A stretch of 64,000 nt of DNA from Clostridia bacterium (lineage in GTDB: Bacteria > Bacillota > Clostridia > Oscillospirales > Acutalibacteraceae). This document shows, one piece after another, positions 34,786-42,929 of the stretch. The stretch's first letter is position 1, and each line of letters starts with the position of its first letter. Where the stretch lies: assembly GCA_017416765.1 (NCBI GenBank), contig JAFQBE010000003.1, forward strand, positions 199-64,198, given 5' to 3'. The position numbers and the translations under genes were made by a program. The notes beneath the pieces are model-generated. The model saw only the letters and a program-made list of their open reading frames with translations. It searched no databases and had not been told where the DNA came from.

Positions 34786-35583
34786 TTATTTGATTTTCTT
34801 TTCGTCCCAAAGCTCTTTGCAGTACTGTTTACCGCGAAGCCTGTCTGCACCCATTTTTGTAAGTAACGCTGCAAGCTCGGGAGTATCCACACCGCTTACC
34901 ATTGTTTTAACGCCGAGTTTTTTTGCAAAATCCATAACACCCTGAACGATTATTCTCGGTCTGTCCTCATCCTCGTAAAGCTCGGGGTTAATGGGTTCTA
35001 CCAGCTTGCTGTTGATGCCTATGTAATCAACCTCATACTGGGAAAGGTTTGACATTGAGGTATATTCAACGCCGACATCGTCAATTGAGAAGTAGCAGCC
35101 CTCTTCACGCAGAGCAACTATATTCTTTCTGACCTGCTCGCTGTCGCTTGCGTAGATGCTTTCGGAAATGTTGAAGCAGAACTTGTCAAACTCAACGCCC
35201 TTCTTTTCGAGAATCTTTTTAACCTGCGATACAAAGTAGGGCTTTGCAAGGTACTTGACAGAGATATCAAGAATAAAGCTGTTGATGCTTGCCTCTCTTG
35301 CTTCTGCACGGTTGAGCACATCGCAGCATTCTTCGATTGCCCAACGGTTAATTTCGCAGATGCGGTTGCTTTTTTCTGCAACGGGGATGTAGTATTCGGG
35401 AAGCATGACACCCATTTTTAAATCGTTTATGCGAACGCTTGTTGCATAGTCGAGAGCCATGTTGAGGTGATTGTCGAAAACGGGTTCAAACATGAGAACC
35501 ATCGGACGGTTGCGTCTGCCGCCGGTGTTTTTCTTTTGCTGAACCTCATTTTGTTCAGCGGAAAGATTTTTGTTTTCTGCCAT
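34786..35583 (-). CDS. stand-alone degenerate EAL-domain protein (likely inactive phosphodiesterase, possible c-di-GMP receptor)
   Basis: EAL-fold landmarks in the canonical order: FEPVFD, YIPVAEKSNRI, SIDDVGVEYTSMSNL, MVSGVDTPE. Catalytic positions are changed: EAL to TSV, N to D (LDIS), ExTE to NISE, KxD to GIN, EGVE to SGVD, QG to RG. Start set at ATG 35583; the track ORF begins at a TTG. Confidence 0.7.
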   Translation of the reverse strand: MAENKNLSAEQNEVQQKKNTGGRRNRPMVLMFEPVFDNHLNMALDYATSVRINDLKMGVMLPEYYIPVAEKSNRICEINRWAIEECCDVLNRAEAREASINSFILDISVKYLAKPYFVSQVKKILEKKGVEFDKFCFNISESIYASDSEQVRKNIVALREEGCYFSIDDVGVEYTSMSNLSQYEVDYIGINSKLVEPINPELYEDEDRPRIIVQGVMDFAKKLGVKTMVSGVDTPELAALLTKMGADRLRGKQYCKELWDEKKIK

Positions 35584-35656
35584 TGATGCCTGACCCCTTT
35601 GCAAATTAATTATTTATATATAATTATTATATATGAAGATAAAAATACACAGTAGA

Positions 35657-35685
35657 ATTGTAACACCGTAAAACTGATTTGTCAA
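35657..35685 (-). promoter_or_regulatory. sigma-A-type promoter of the fibre locus
   Basis: Minus strand TTGACA (35685-35680), 17 nt, TACAAT (35662-35657); sits ~70 nt upstream of the EAL start and just downstream of the neighbouring operon's terminator. Confidence 0.65.
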
Positions 35686-35782
35686 CCGAAACAGCTAATA
35701 AAGATTAATATAATTTATAATTTTATACATTGTCACAAAAAAGTAACAAAACTCTGTGAAATTTGCACAACGTGAAAAATAA

Positions 35783-35814
35783 ACCGATGAAAATTCATAC
35801 GAATAATCATCGGT
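35783..35814 (-). terminator. intrinsic terminator of the upstream sugar-related operon
   Basis: ACCGATGA-N16-TCATCGGT; on the minus strand it is followed by TTATTTTTCAC. Confidence 0.6.
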
Positions 35815-35837
35815 TTTTACAAACTGTTTTTATTTTT

Positions 35838-36668
35838 TCAATAAATGCCAAAGTATGAATCGAACGAGCTTTCATGCCACGAGGTAACAATTGCATCGGC
35901 AAAATCCGGCCGCGAAGAAACTATACCGTCCGCCCCGAATTTAAGGGCTCTTACCGTATCGTAAACATCTGCTCCGCAATCAACCCATATAGCCAAATCA
36001 AGCTCTTTTGCACTCTGAAAAAGGGCTTTGTTTATGCTTTCCGCATCAACAAAAATGCCCGCGGCACCCGCCTGCTTAATTTCTTCCAAGCTGCGCTCAC
36101 TGTTCTTTGAATAGTTACACATAACATGAAGTTTCGGGAAATAGCCCACTATATACTCAAGCGCATATTCATCCACACCCGTTATTATACAGCCCGTTTG
36201 AATAAAGCTGTTGGTAAGGACATAATTTATTGCGGAAAGTCTGCTGTATTCGCTCAAGTTTACAACCAGTTTTTCAGCACTGTCTTTTTCCATCTGCTCA
36301 ATAACGCGGCGAAGTTCAGCCGGATTTTCTCCTATTGAAGAATAAGAATCCGACAGTACGGCTGTATTTGAATCTGTTACGGCAACCTTTACTTCGATAC
36401 AGCCCGTACGGTAATCAAGCTGATTTCTTGCGCCTAAAAATTCGCCTGCGGAATAGCCGTCCGTCTGCGAAGCGACAGCAACCGGTACAAGAAGCGTCCT
36501 GCCCTCTTCATCGGTTGCAAAGGGAGATTTTGAAAGGTACTGATTGATATACTGCCGCTGAATAAAGGTGACTTCATCCCTGCCTTTATAAAGGCACAAA
36601 AAACAGCCACCGACAGCTACTGCCACGCAGACAAGCGCAATTATAACCTTTTTACGCAAGGAATTCAC
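35838..36668 (-). CDS. membrane-anchored glycerophosphodiester-phosphodiesterase-like (GDPD fold) protein, atypical
   Basis: N-terminal TM; C-terminal LKFGADGIVSSRPD resembles the GDPD end motif; the N-terminal HRG-type motif was not seen. Confidence 0.4.
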   Translation of the reverse strand: MNSLRKKVIIALVCVAVAVGGCFLCLYKGRDEVTFIQRQYINQYLSKSPFATDEEGRTLLVPVAVASQTDGYSAGEFLGARNQLDYRTGCIEVKVAVTDSNTAVLSDSYSSIGENPAELRRVIEQMEKDSAEKLVVNLSEYSRLSAINYVLTNSFIQTGCIITGVDEYALEYIVGYFPKLHVMCNYSKNSERSLEEIKQAGAAGIFVDAESINKALFQSAKELDLAIWVDCGADVYDTVRALKFGADGIVSSRPDFADAIVTSWHESSFDSYFGIY

Positions 36669-36676
36669 CCCCGTAA

Positions 36677-37795
36677 TTATTTTAATGCAGAATAAATTTC
36701 CTGCGTAATTGCCATGAGCTCATCGTACTTCTTTTCAATATCTGCAACAAGTGCAAACTGGGTACGGCAACGGTCCAGATTATGCTCCGGACGGCTGATT
36801 CTGAAATAAACATCGCCGTTGAGATAATCCGTAAGGAAGCGTATGCCGCATTCAAGCGTCATAATCTTACAGGAAAACGGAAGATAGTAAACCTCAGCGT
36901 CATTAAGACTTTCTGCAGCTGCTGAAAGATAGCCTTCGGTATAGCTGCGGTAAAAAGCTGTATTGAAGCTGACTTTGCTAAGATCCTTTTCATCTTCATC
37001 AGCGGTATTGCCTGTAAAACGAAGGCTGTCGCCAAAATCGTAAAGAGAAAGACCGGGCATGACCGTATCAAGGTCGATAATACATATACCTTCGCCTGTT
37101 TCCTTATCGAAAAGAACATTGTTAAGCTTGGTATCGTTATGGGTAACGCGCAGAGGAAGCTCGCCTTTTTCAAGCAAATCAAGCAAAACCGCACAATCAT
37201 CCTTGCGCATTTTTACGAATTCAATTTCAGCCTGAACTTCTGCTGCTCTGCCCATTTTATCAGCTGAAAGTGCAGCTTCAAAATCGGCATAGCGTGAAAC
37301 AGTATTGTGGAAATTGGGTATGGTTTCAAACAGCTTATCGGCAGGATAATCCTGAAGCAGCTGCTGAAAGCCGCCAAAAGCTTTGCCTGCTTTATAGCAT
37401 AGCTCGGTATTTTCCGGAAAATCGTAACTGACTGTATCGGTTATGAAATTGATTACGCGCCAATACTTACCCTCTTTATCAAGATAATAGGGCTTACCGC
37501 CGTTGGTATAATAAACCTTCAGCGCTTCTCTTTTTACATTGCCGCCCGCTTCCTTCACCTTCTGCTGAACAAATTCAGTAACACCGACATAGTTTTGCAT
37601 AAGTATATCGGGGTTTTTGAAAACATTCGTATTAATCTGCTGAAGAATATAGGTTTTTTCAGCACCATTATCGTTAAAAGTAAGGGCAAACGTGTTGTTG
37701 ATATGGCCATTGTTCATTACTACATAGCCCGTATATTCACCTTTGAATTTGTAATTTGAAAGTATTTCTTCAAGCGGAAACATAGCGGAGTTCAT
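36677..37795 (-). CDS. APH-family sugar kinase, N-acetylhexosamine 1-kinase (NahK)-like
   Basis: GHINNTF nucleotide-loop region, catalytic VTHNDTKLNNVLFD and IIDLDTVMPG motifs. Confidence 0.6.
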   Translation of the reverse strand: MNSAMFPLEEILSNYKFKGEYTGYVVMNNGHINNTFALTFNDNGAEKTYILQQINTNVFKNPDILMQNYVGVTEFVQQKVKEAGGNVKREALKVYYTNGGKPYYLDKEGKYWRVINFITDTVSYDFPENTELCYKAGKAFGGFQQLLQDYPADKLFETIPNFHNTVSRYADFEAALSADKMGRAAEVQAEIEFVKMRKDDCAVLLDLLEKGELPLRVTHNDTKLNNVLFDKETGEGICIIDLDTVMPGLSLYDFGDSLRFTGNTADEDEKDLSKVSFNTAFYRSYTEGYLSAAAESLNDAEVYYLPFSCKIMTLECGIRFLTDYLNGDVYFRISRPEHNLDRCRTQFALVADIEKKYDELMAITQEIYSALK

Positions 37796-38424
37796 TATAA
37801 AACTTCCCTTTCATCAATAAATTTTACACTACCGAAAAATTCGGGTCTGTGATAATCCGGCTTCGGTGTCGGAACAATAAATAACGAAGAATAATGAGGA
37901 TATTGCGTTTCATCACCGCACTTGTATGCGTTGAGTTTAAGCTGCTTTTGTGACGCAAATGAAAACGGCAATTTAAAACAATCCGCAATAAGCTCATCGG
38001 GTATAAATATTTCAACGCCCCAGCCCGAATCAGCCTGCAAAGCATTGGTTTTACAGGGAATATCGGAAACTGAGCTCAACAAAGCCCTGTCAGCGCGGCA
38101 GGTGCCGATTTCGCTCAGATATGCCGCATTGGGGTTGATTTCAAAATTGACATAGCGTTTATCGTCCGATACAGGCTGTATAAACAGCTCCATACAGCTG
38201 TCCCTATAAATCGGTTCGTCCCGCTTTGTATAAACCGCTTTAGGCTGCGGCTCTTCACTGAACAAGCGGACAAAAAGCCCTTTGCTCTTTACAGCGCAGA
38301 GCTTTATATACGATGCATAAAAGCAAGGATATTCTTCTGCCCAAAGGTGGTTGGACAAAGCAAGCCGCTCAACCTTTTCCCAATCGGGAGAATTATTGAA
38401 AACGGGTATTGTAATTTCTTTCAT
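37795..38424 (-). CDS. carbohydrate-binding family 9-like protein (no signal peptide)
   Basis: DSCMELFIQP and YVNFEINPNAAYL motifs resemble CBM9-like/DOMON-type proteins; its stop overlaps the kinase start (TAATG). Confidence 0.5.
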   Translation of the reverse strand: MKEITIPVFNNSPDWEKVERLALSNHLWAEEYPCFYASYIKLCAVKSKGLFVRLFSEEPQPKAVYTKRDEPIYRDSCMELFIQPVSDDKRYVNFEINPNAAYLSEIGTCRADRALLSSVSDIPCKTNALQADSGWGVEIFIPDELIADCFKLPFSFASQKQLKLNAYKCGDETQYPHYSSLFIVPTPKPDYHRPEFFGSVKFIDEREVL

Positions 38425-38427
38425 AGC

Positions 38428-39195
38428 TTATTTTTCCGTATAAAGGCTCCAGAGCTGACCGAAGGTAAGCCCTGTTTCGTCTGTCCAGAAGGATTCCTTA
38501 TAAGAGCCGTCAAGCAAGACTTTATTAAGACGGTAAATTATATCCTGTTCATTTCTGGCATCAATCCATTTAAGGAAAGCTGCACCGTAAATGCCGCCTT
38601 CTTCATATGACTTACCTGTATATGAACCGGGAAGCCCCCAGTTTTTATCTGCATACTGTGTTTTGAATTCCGAACGCAGATACGCCTGGATTGAAGACTT
38701 TATCCAATCCGGATATGTGCCCGAATACTCCTGCATGGTTTTAGCAATGGCAGAAAGAAGTGCATCGCAGTCATCGGGATGGTCAACAAACCAATTGGGG
38801 TTGATATATATTGTTTTGTCGCTGGCATGGCAGGCAGATTCGGCAGTATAGTTTACATCAATAACAAGGGTTATTTTCGGGCAGTTAAAGCCTTTACCGT
38901 ATCTGTTATACATGGTTGTATAGCGGCTGCGGACTATATTTTCAAGCTTGTCGAACACGCCTTCGGGAAGCAGGTTCGGATCGCCCGAAAATTCATAATA
39001 CTTATTTTTATTCTCGGTTGTTTCAATTTCAACAGCTATATCGCCCTTGGCAAGCTCATCGTAATACGATGCAAGTTCTTTAAAGCTTGTTGTGGTTTCG
39101 GGTTCACCGCCATTGGGCTTATTGCCTGCGCAGCCTGTAAACAGCAGCGTTACCGCCGCAAGCAATGCCGCAACAGACACAAGTGATTTTTTCAT
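38428..39195 (-). CDS. lipoprotein of unknown function
   Basis: Lipobox LLFTGC at the end of the signal MKKSLVSVAALLAAVTLLFTGCAG; start set at ATG 39195. Confidence 0.6.
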   Translation of the reverse strand: MKKSLVSVAALLAAVTLLFTGCAGNKPNGGEPETTTSFKELASYYDELAKGDIAVEIETTENKNKYYEFSGDPNLLPEGVFDKLENIVRSRYTTMYNRYGKGFNCPKITLVIDVNYTAESACHASDKTIYINPNWFVDHPDDCDALLSAIAKTMQEYSGTYPDWIKSSIQAYLRSEFKTQYADKNWGLPGSYTGKSYEEGGIYGAAFLKWIDARNEQDIIYRLNKVLLDGSYKESFWTDETGLTFGQLWSLYTEK

Positions 39196-39269
39196 ATTCT
39201 GTAACACACCTTTATGTATTTTGACTCAACAGTATCCGACACCGCTTTAAGTGATGCCGGATTGGATTT

Positions 39270-39986
39270 TTACATATTAGCTTCGGGAGATTCAACATGC
39301 GGGCAATCTATCTGCGGCAGAGTGTAAAGAGGAGCTGCCCAGCGGACCGCATTTGTGATTATGCGCTGAATTTCGGGGATATGATAGGTCGGGTTGCTTT
39401 CATGACCGGGCTGGAAATAGAACACCTTGCCCAATCCTCTGTACCATGTGCAGCCTGAACGGAAAACTTCGCCGCCCTTGAACCAGCCCATGAAAACGAG
39501 TTCATCGGGTGCAGGAATATCAAAGCGTTCGCCGTACATTTCTTCTGCCGGTATTTCAACATAATTACCTATACCCTGTGCAATGGGGTGAGAAGGCATA
39601 ATGTTCCAGAGGCGTTCTCTGTCGCCCTCGCGCCAGCAGAGCGAGCAGGTTGTTCCCATAAGCCTGCGGAAAGGCTTTGAGAAATGGGCTGAATGCAAAG
39701 CAATAAAGCCCATTCCGCACATTACTCTGTTGTAAACTCTTTCGGAGATTTCATCGGGCACTTTGTGGTGTGCCATATGACCCCACCAGAGAAGAACATC
39801 GGTATTATTAAGCAGTTCATCAGTAAGCTCTTCAACAGTTGAGAGAGTAACTGTTTTAACCTTCATATCTTCATTCTTGCCAAGGAAAGCGGCAATGCAG
39901 TTATGAATACCGTCGGGATATACGGCAGCAATTTCTTCGCTTTCAACTTCGTGCAGATATTCGTTGTATATTGTAACATTAATCAT
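39270..39986 (-). CDS. ThuA-domain (trehalose utilisation-like) protein
   Basis: MINVTIYNEY...DVLLWWGHMAHHKV...GFIALHSAHFSKPF pattern typical of the ThuA family. Confidence 0.75.
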   Translation of the reverse strand: MINVTIYNEYLHEVESEEIAAVYPDGIHNCIAAFLGKNEDMKVKTVTLSTVEELTDELLNNTDVLLWWGHMAHHKVPDEISERVYNRVMCGMGFIALHSAHFSKPFRRLMGTTCSLCWREGDRERLWNIMPSHPIAQGIGNYVEIPAEEMYGERFDIPAPDELVFMGWFKGGEVFRSGCTWYRGLGKVFYFQPGHESNPTYHIPEIQRIITNAVRWAAPLYTLPQIDCPHVESPEANM

Positions 39987-40019
39987 AAAAACAGCACTCC
40001 TTAAAACATAATTACTTAT

Positions 40020-40048
40020 ATTTTACTTTAAAGTGCTGTTTTAGTCAA
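40020..40048 (-). promoter_or_regulatory. sigma-A-type promoter of the ThuA operon, interleaved with the upstream terminator hairpin
   Basis: Minus strand TTGACT (40048-40043), 17 nt, TAAAAT (40025-40020); the spacer is the 5' arm of an 11-bp hairpin AAAACAGCACT-N33-AGTGCTGTTTT (40042-39987). Confidence 0.5.
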
Positions 40049-40077
40049 TATCTTTTATGCTAATCTGTTAATAAAAT

Positions 40078-41148
40078 TTACAGCGGTAATTCGGTGAGCG
40101 GTTTGAAAACATAGCCCTGCGCGAGCGCATAATCTATTATATCGCCCAAAGCTTCGGCATTGTCCTTCGAAACAGAGTGCAGAAGAATAATTGCACCGGG
40201 GTGCAGACGCGCCGTTACGGTGTCAAAAGCGTACTGCTTACCCTTCTGGTTTGATGTATCCCAATCGGAATAGGCAAGCGACCAGAATACGCTTTTATAG
40301 CCGAGAGAGCCGACAAGGTCAAGCGCATTTTCGCTGTACGCTCCTTCGGGGAATCTGAAAAACGGCGAAGTATAGCCGAAATTCGTGCGCAGATAATTAT
40401 CCGTAGTTTCAATTTCCTGTGCCATTCTTGTACGGCTTATTTTGCTGAAATTAGGGTGTTTATCGGAATGGTTGCCGACAATATGCCCTTCTTTTATCAT
40501 TCGTGAAATAAGCTCCGGCTCTGCCTTGATATGGTCAAGTGTACAAAAAAATGCCGCGCTGACATTCTTCTCTTTAAGTGTATCAAGCACCTTGAAGGTG
40601 TAACCGTTTTCATAGCCGCAATCGAAGGTAAGATACAACACTTTTTCCGTTGATTTTGTATCGTAAGTTACGGCGTTGTAGCCCTTGGTTTCAAAAAACT
40701 TCTGCGAATTTACGCTTATATCGTGCGGTTTTCCGTCCTTTGCTACACCGAAACTGTGGTTTATTGCAGCCGTAGGCAAGCCCCTTGAATTCTCGGGGTC
40801 ATTTACCGCAAAATTAACCGACGGCAGGGCGGCATAGCCCGTAAAAGTTTTTGCTGAAGAATCGGGCGCACCGGTGATATTTTCCGCTCTGTACGGTGGA
40901 TTTGTAACGGAAGGCTTATATTCCGTTGTCGGCTTTGTTACTGTTGTTTCAGCAGGTTTAATAGTAGTCGGCGTAACGGTATTTTTAACGGTTTCCTCAA
41001 CCTTATTTTCAGCATTCTGAACTGTCTGTTCTTCCGTTTTTTCCGTTACATCTTCGCCGCCGAAAAACATATCAATATTGCTTACAAAAGCAACTGCCGC
41101 AACCAGCAAAAGTGCTACACAGGCAACAATAAGTGTATTTTTTCTCAT
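40078..41148 (-). CDS. polysaccharide deacetylase (NodB homology, PdaA-like), membrane anchored
   Basis: LYLTFDCGYENGYTFKVLDTLKEKNVSAAFFCT and GNHSDKHPNF motifs; start set at ATG 41148 (GGAGG upstream). Confidence 0.8.
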   Translation of the reverse strand: MRKNTLIVACVALLLVAAVAFVSNIDMFFGGEDVTEKTEEQTVQNAENKVEETVKNTVTPTTIKPAETTVTKPTTEYKPSVTNPPYRAENITGAPDSSAKTFTGYAALPSVNFAVNDPENSRGLPTAAINHSFGVAKDGKPHDISVNSQKFFETKGYNAVTYDTKSTEKVLYLTFDCGYENGYTFKVLDTLKEKNVSAAFFCTLDHIKAEPELISRMIKEGHIVGNHSDKHPNFSKISRTRMAQEIETTDNYLRTNFGYTSPFFRFPEGAYSENALDLVGSLGYKSVFWSLAYSDWDTSNQKGKQYAFDTVTARLHPGAIILLHSVSKDNAEALGDIIDYALAQGYVFKPLTELPL

Positions 41149-41223
41149 TTTTCTTCCTCCTATGTTAAGGCAGTACGAAGCTGCCTTTAATTGATTATAC
41201 CGCAAATGCTGACAAAATAAAAG

Positions 41224-41406
41224 CTATTTCATCATGGAATTTACCGTATCCATCATATTGCCTACTGTTTTCATTGCCTTCATTGCGTTTTTTCTTGTCT
41301 GTTTTTTAAGGCTGGGGGTCATCATAGCTGTGCCGAGTGCGGCAGCACCGCCAAGCACAAGACCGACACCAAGGCTCTTTACCATTGTTGATGTGGTTGC
41401 TTTCAT
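41224..41406 (-). CDS. small (60 aa) membrane-associated hypothetical protein
   Basis: GAGGTG RBS before ATG 41406; Gly/Ala-rich hydrophobic helix followed by a Met/Lys-rich tail. Confidence 0.45.
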   Translation of the reverse strand: MKATTSTMVKSLGVGLVLGGAAALGTAMMTPSLKKQTRKNAMKAMKTVGNMMDTVNSMMK

Positions 41407-41491
41407 TTTTATTTCACCTCGCAAAATTCAAGTTGTTATTATTTTTGTCTGAACAGCGGCAAAAAATCGGTTGAATTTAATGGAATGAGGC

Positions 41492-41521
41492 TTGATATAC
41501 TGTTTCCTGTTGTGTTATAAT
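41492..41521 (+). promoter_or_regulatory. candidate sigma-A promoter for pdxK-trmL
   Basis: TTGATA (41492-41497), 18 nt, TATAAT (41516-41521), 33 nt upstream of the pdxK start. Confidence 0.5.
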
Positions 41522-41554
41522 TTTAATGTTATTTTTGTTTTGGCGGTGATACCT

Positions 41555-42412
41555 ATGCAAACGGCAAAGCGTGCCCTTGCAATACACGATATATCGGGCT
41601 TCGGCAAATGCTCACTAACTGTTGCTCTGCCAATTATTTCAGCCTGCGGCGTTGAAACAGCGGTTATGCCTACAGCCGTGCTTTCCACACACACAGGCGG
41701 CTTTACAGGCTACACCTGGCGCGATTTAACAAGCGATATGCGCCCGATGGCTGACCACTGGAAAAGTCTGGATTTGAAATTTGATGCAATTTATTCCGGC
41801 TATTTAGGCTCATTTGAGCAGATAGAAATTGTCAAAAGCATTGTTAAGGATTTTAAAACTGAGAATAATTTTTTCCTTTGTGACCCTGCAATGGCAGACC
41901 ACGGAAAAATGTATGCACTATTCAGCCCTGATTTTGCAAAAAAAATGGCTGAGCTTTGCGCTATGGCAGATATTATTGTACCCAATTTTACGGAAGCTGC
42001 ATTCATGACAGGTGAAGAATATATACCCGGACCATATAGTAAGGAATATGTTGAACATCTGCTTAAAAAGCTTGCTGAACTCGGTCCGAAAAAAATTGTT
42101 CTGACAGGCGTTTATTTTGATGAAAACGAGCTTGGCTGTGCCTGCCTTGACACAGTAAGCGGCGAAACGGATTACTGCCTGCGCCCGATATTACGTGGCG
42201 TTTACCACGGCACCGGCGACACCTTTGCAAGCGCACTTTGCGGTGCGCTGCTCAACGGATTGGAGCTTAAAGAAGCCGCAAAAATCGCAACAGAATTCAC
42301 CTGCGGCTGTATACGCAGAACACTTGAAATAACACCCGATGTACGCTACGGAGTTGCGTTTGAGGGCGAATTACCGCACCTTATGCAGGAGCTTGAAAAA
42401 TATGGAAAATAA
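41555..42412 (+). CDS. pdxK: pyridoxal/pyridoxamine kinase
   Basis: ALAIHDISGFGKCSLTVALPIISACGVETAVMPTAVLSTHTGGF and the ribokinase-fold C-terminal GTGDTFASAL anion hole; start set at ATG 41555. Confidence 0.8.
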   Translation: MQTAKRALAIHDISGFGKCSLTVALPIISACGVETAVMPTAVLSTHTGGFTGYTWRDLTSDMRPMADHWKSLDLKFDAIYSGYLGSFEQIEIVKSIVKDFKTENNFFLCDPAMADHGKMYALFSPDFAKKMAELCAMADIIVPNFTEAAFMTGEEYIPGPYSKEYVEHLLKKLAELGPKKIVLTGVYFDENELGCACLDTVSGETDYCLRPILRGVYHGTGDTFASALCGALLNGLELKEAAKIATEFTCGCIRRTLEITPDVRYGVAFEGELPHLMQELEKYGK

Positions 42413-42911
42413 AGTACTCAACATCGTTCTTATAGAGCCTGAAATACCGCAGAATACTGGCAATATAGCCCGCACCTGCGCCGCAACAGGAGCAAGGCTG
42501 CACCTTGTAGAGCCGATGGGTTTCAAGGTTGACGACAAAAAATTGAAGAGAGCAGGACTTGATTACTGGCATCTGCTTGACATTACATATTATAAGGACA
42601 CGCAGGACTTTTTTGAAAGAAATAAAGACGGTAACTTTTTCTATTTTTCAACAAAAGCGGTACACCGCCATACCGATGTTGAATATCCGGACAACACATA
42701 TCTTGTTTTCGGCAAGGAAACAAAAGGACTTCCCGAAGAATTACTGCTTGCAAACCCCGAAAAATGCGTGCGTATCCCTATGATTAACGATTCGGCAGCA
42801 AGAAGCCTTAACCTTTCAAATTCCGCCGCAATAGGCGTTTATGAGGTTTTAAGGCAATGGGATTTCCCTGAATTACTGTGCGAAGGCAAATTAACAAAAT
42901 ACGAGTGGTAA
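42402..42911 (+). CDS. trmL: tRNA (cytidine/uridine(34)-2'-O)-methyltransferase TrmL (SpoU/TrmH family)
   Basis: LNIVLIEPEIPQNTGNIARTCAATGARLHLV and LNLSNSAAIGVYE motifs; about 170 aa; start overlaps the pdxK end. Confidence 0.85.
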   Translation: MENKVLNIVLIEPEIPQNTGNIARTCAATGARLHLVEPMGFKVDDKKLKRAGLDYWHLLDITYYKDTQDFFERNKDGNFFYFSTKAVHRHTDVEYPDNTYLVFGKETKGLPEELLLANPEKCVRIPMINDSAARSLNLSNSAAIGVYEVLRQWDFPELLCEGKLTKYEW

Positions 42912-42929
42912 TAAACAAGGAACATATTT

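Noticed and set aside
35584-35656. c-di-GMP (GEMM) or other riboswitch in the leader of the fibre locus
   Set aside because: The leader is only ~65 nt and almost entirely A/T. It cannot form the conserved GC-containing helices of known riboswitch classes.
41492-41554. Longer N-termini offered by the ORF track for pdxK (41492), trmL (42339), rbr (1789), the deacetylase (41205), GH3 (45580), serC (52530), the oxidoreductase (59290) and the GNAT (59926)
   Set aside because: In each case an internal ATG is preceded by a good GGAGG-type RBS and gives the N-terminus expected for the family. Several of the longer versions start at TTG/GTG or overlap upstream genes.
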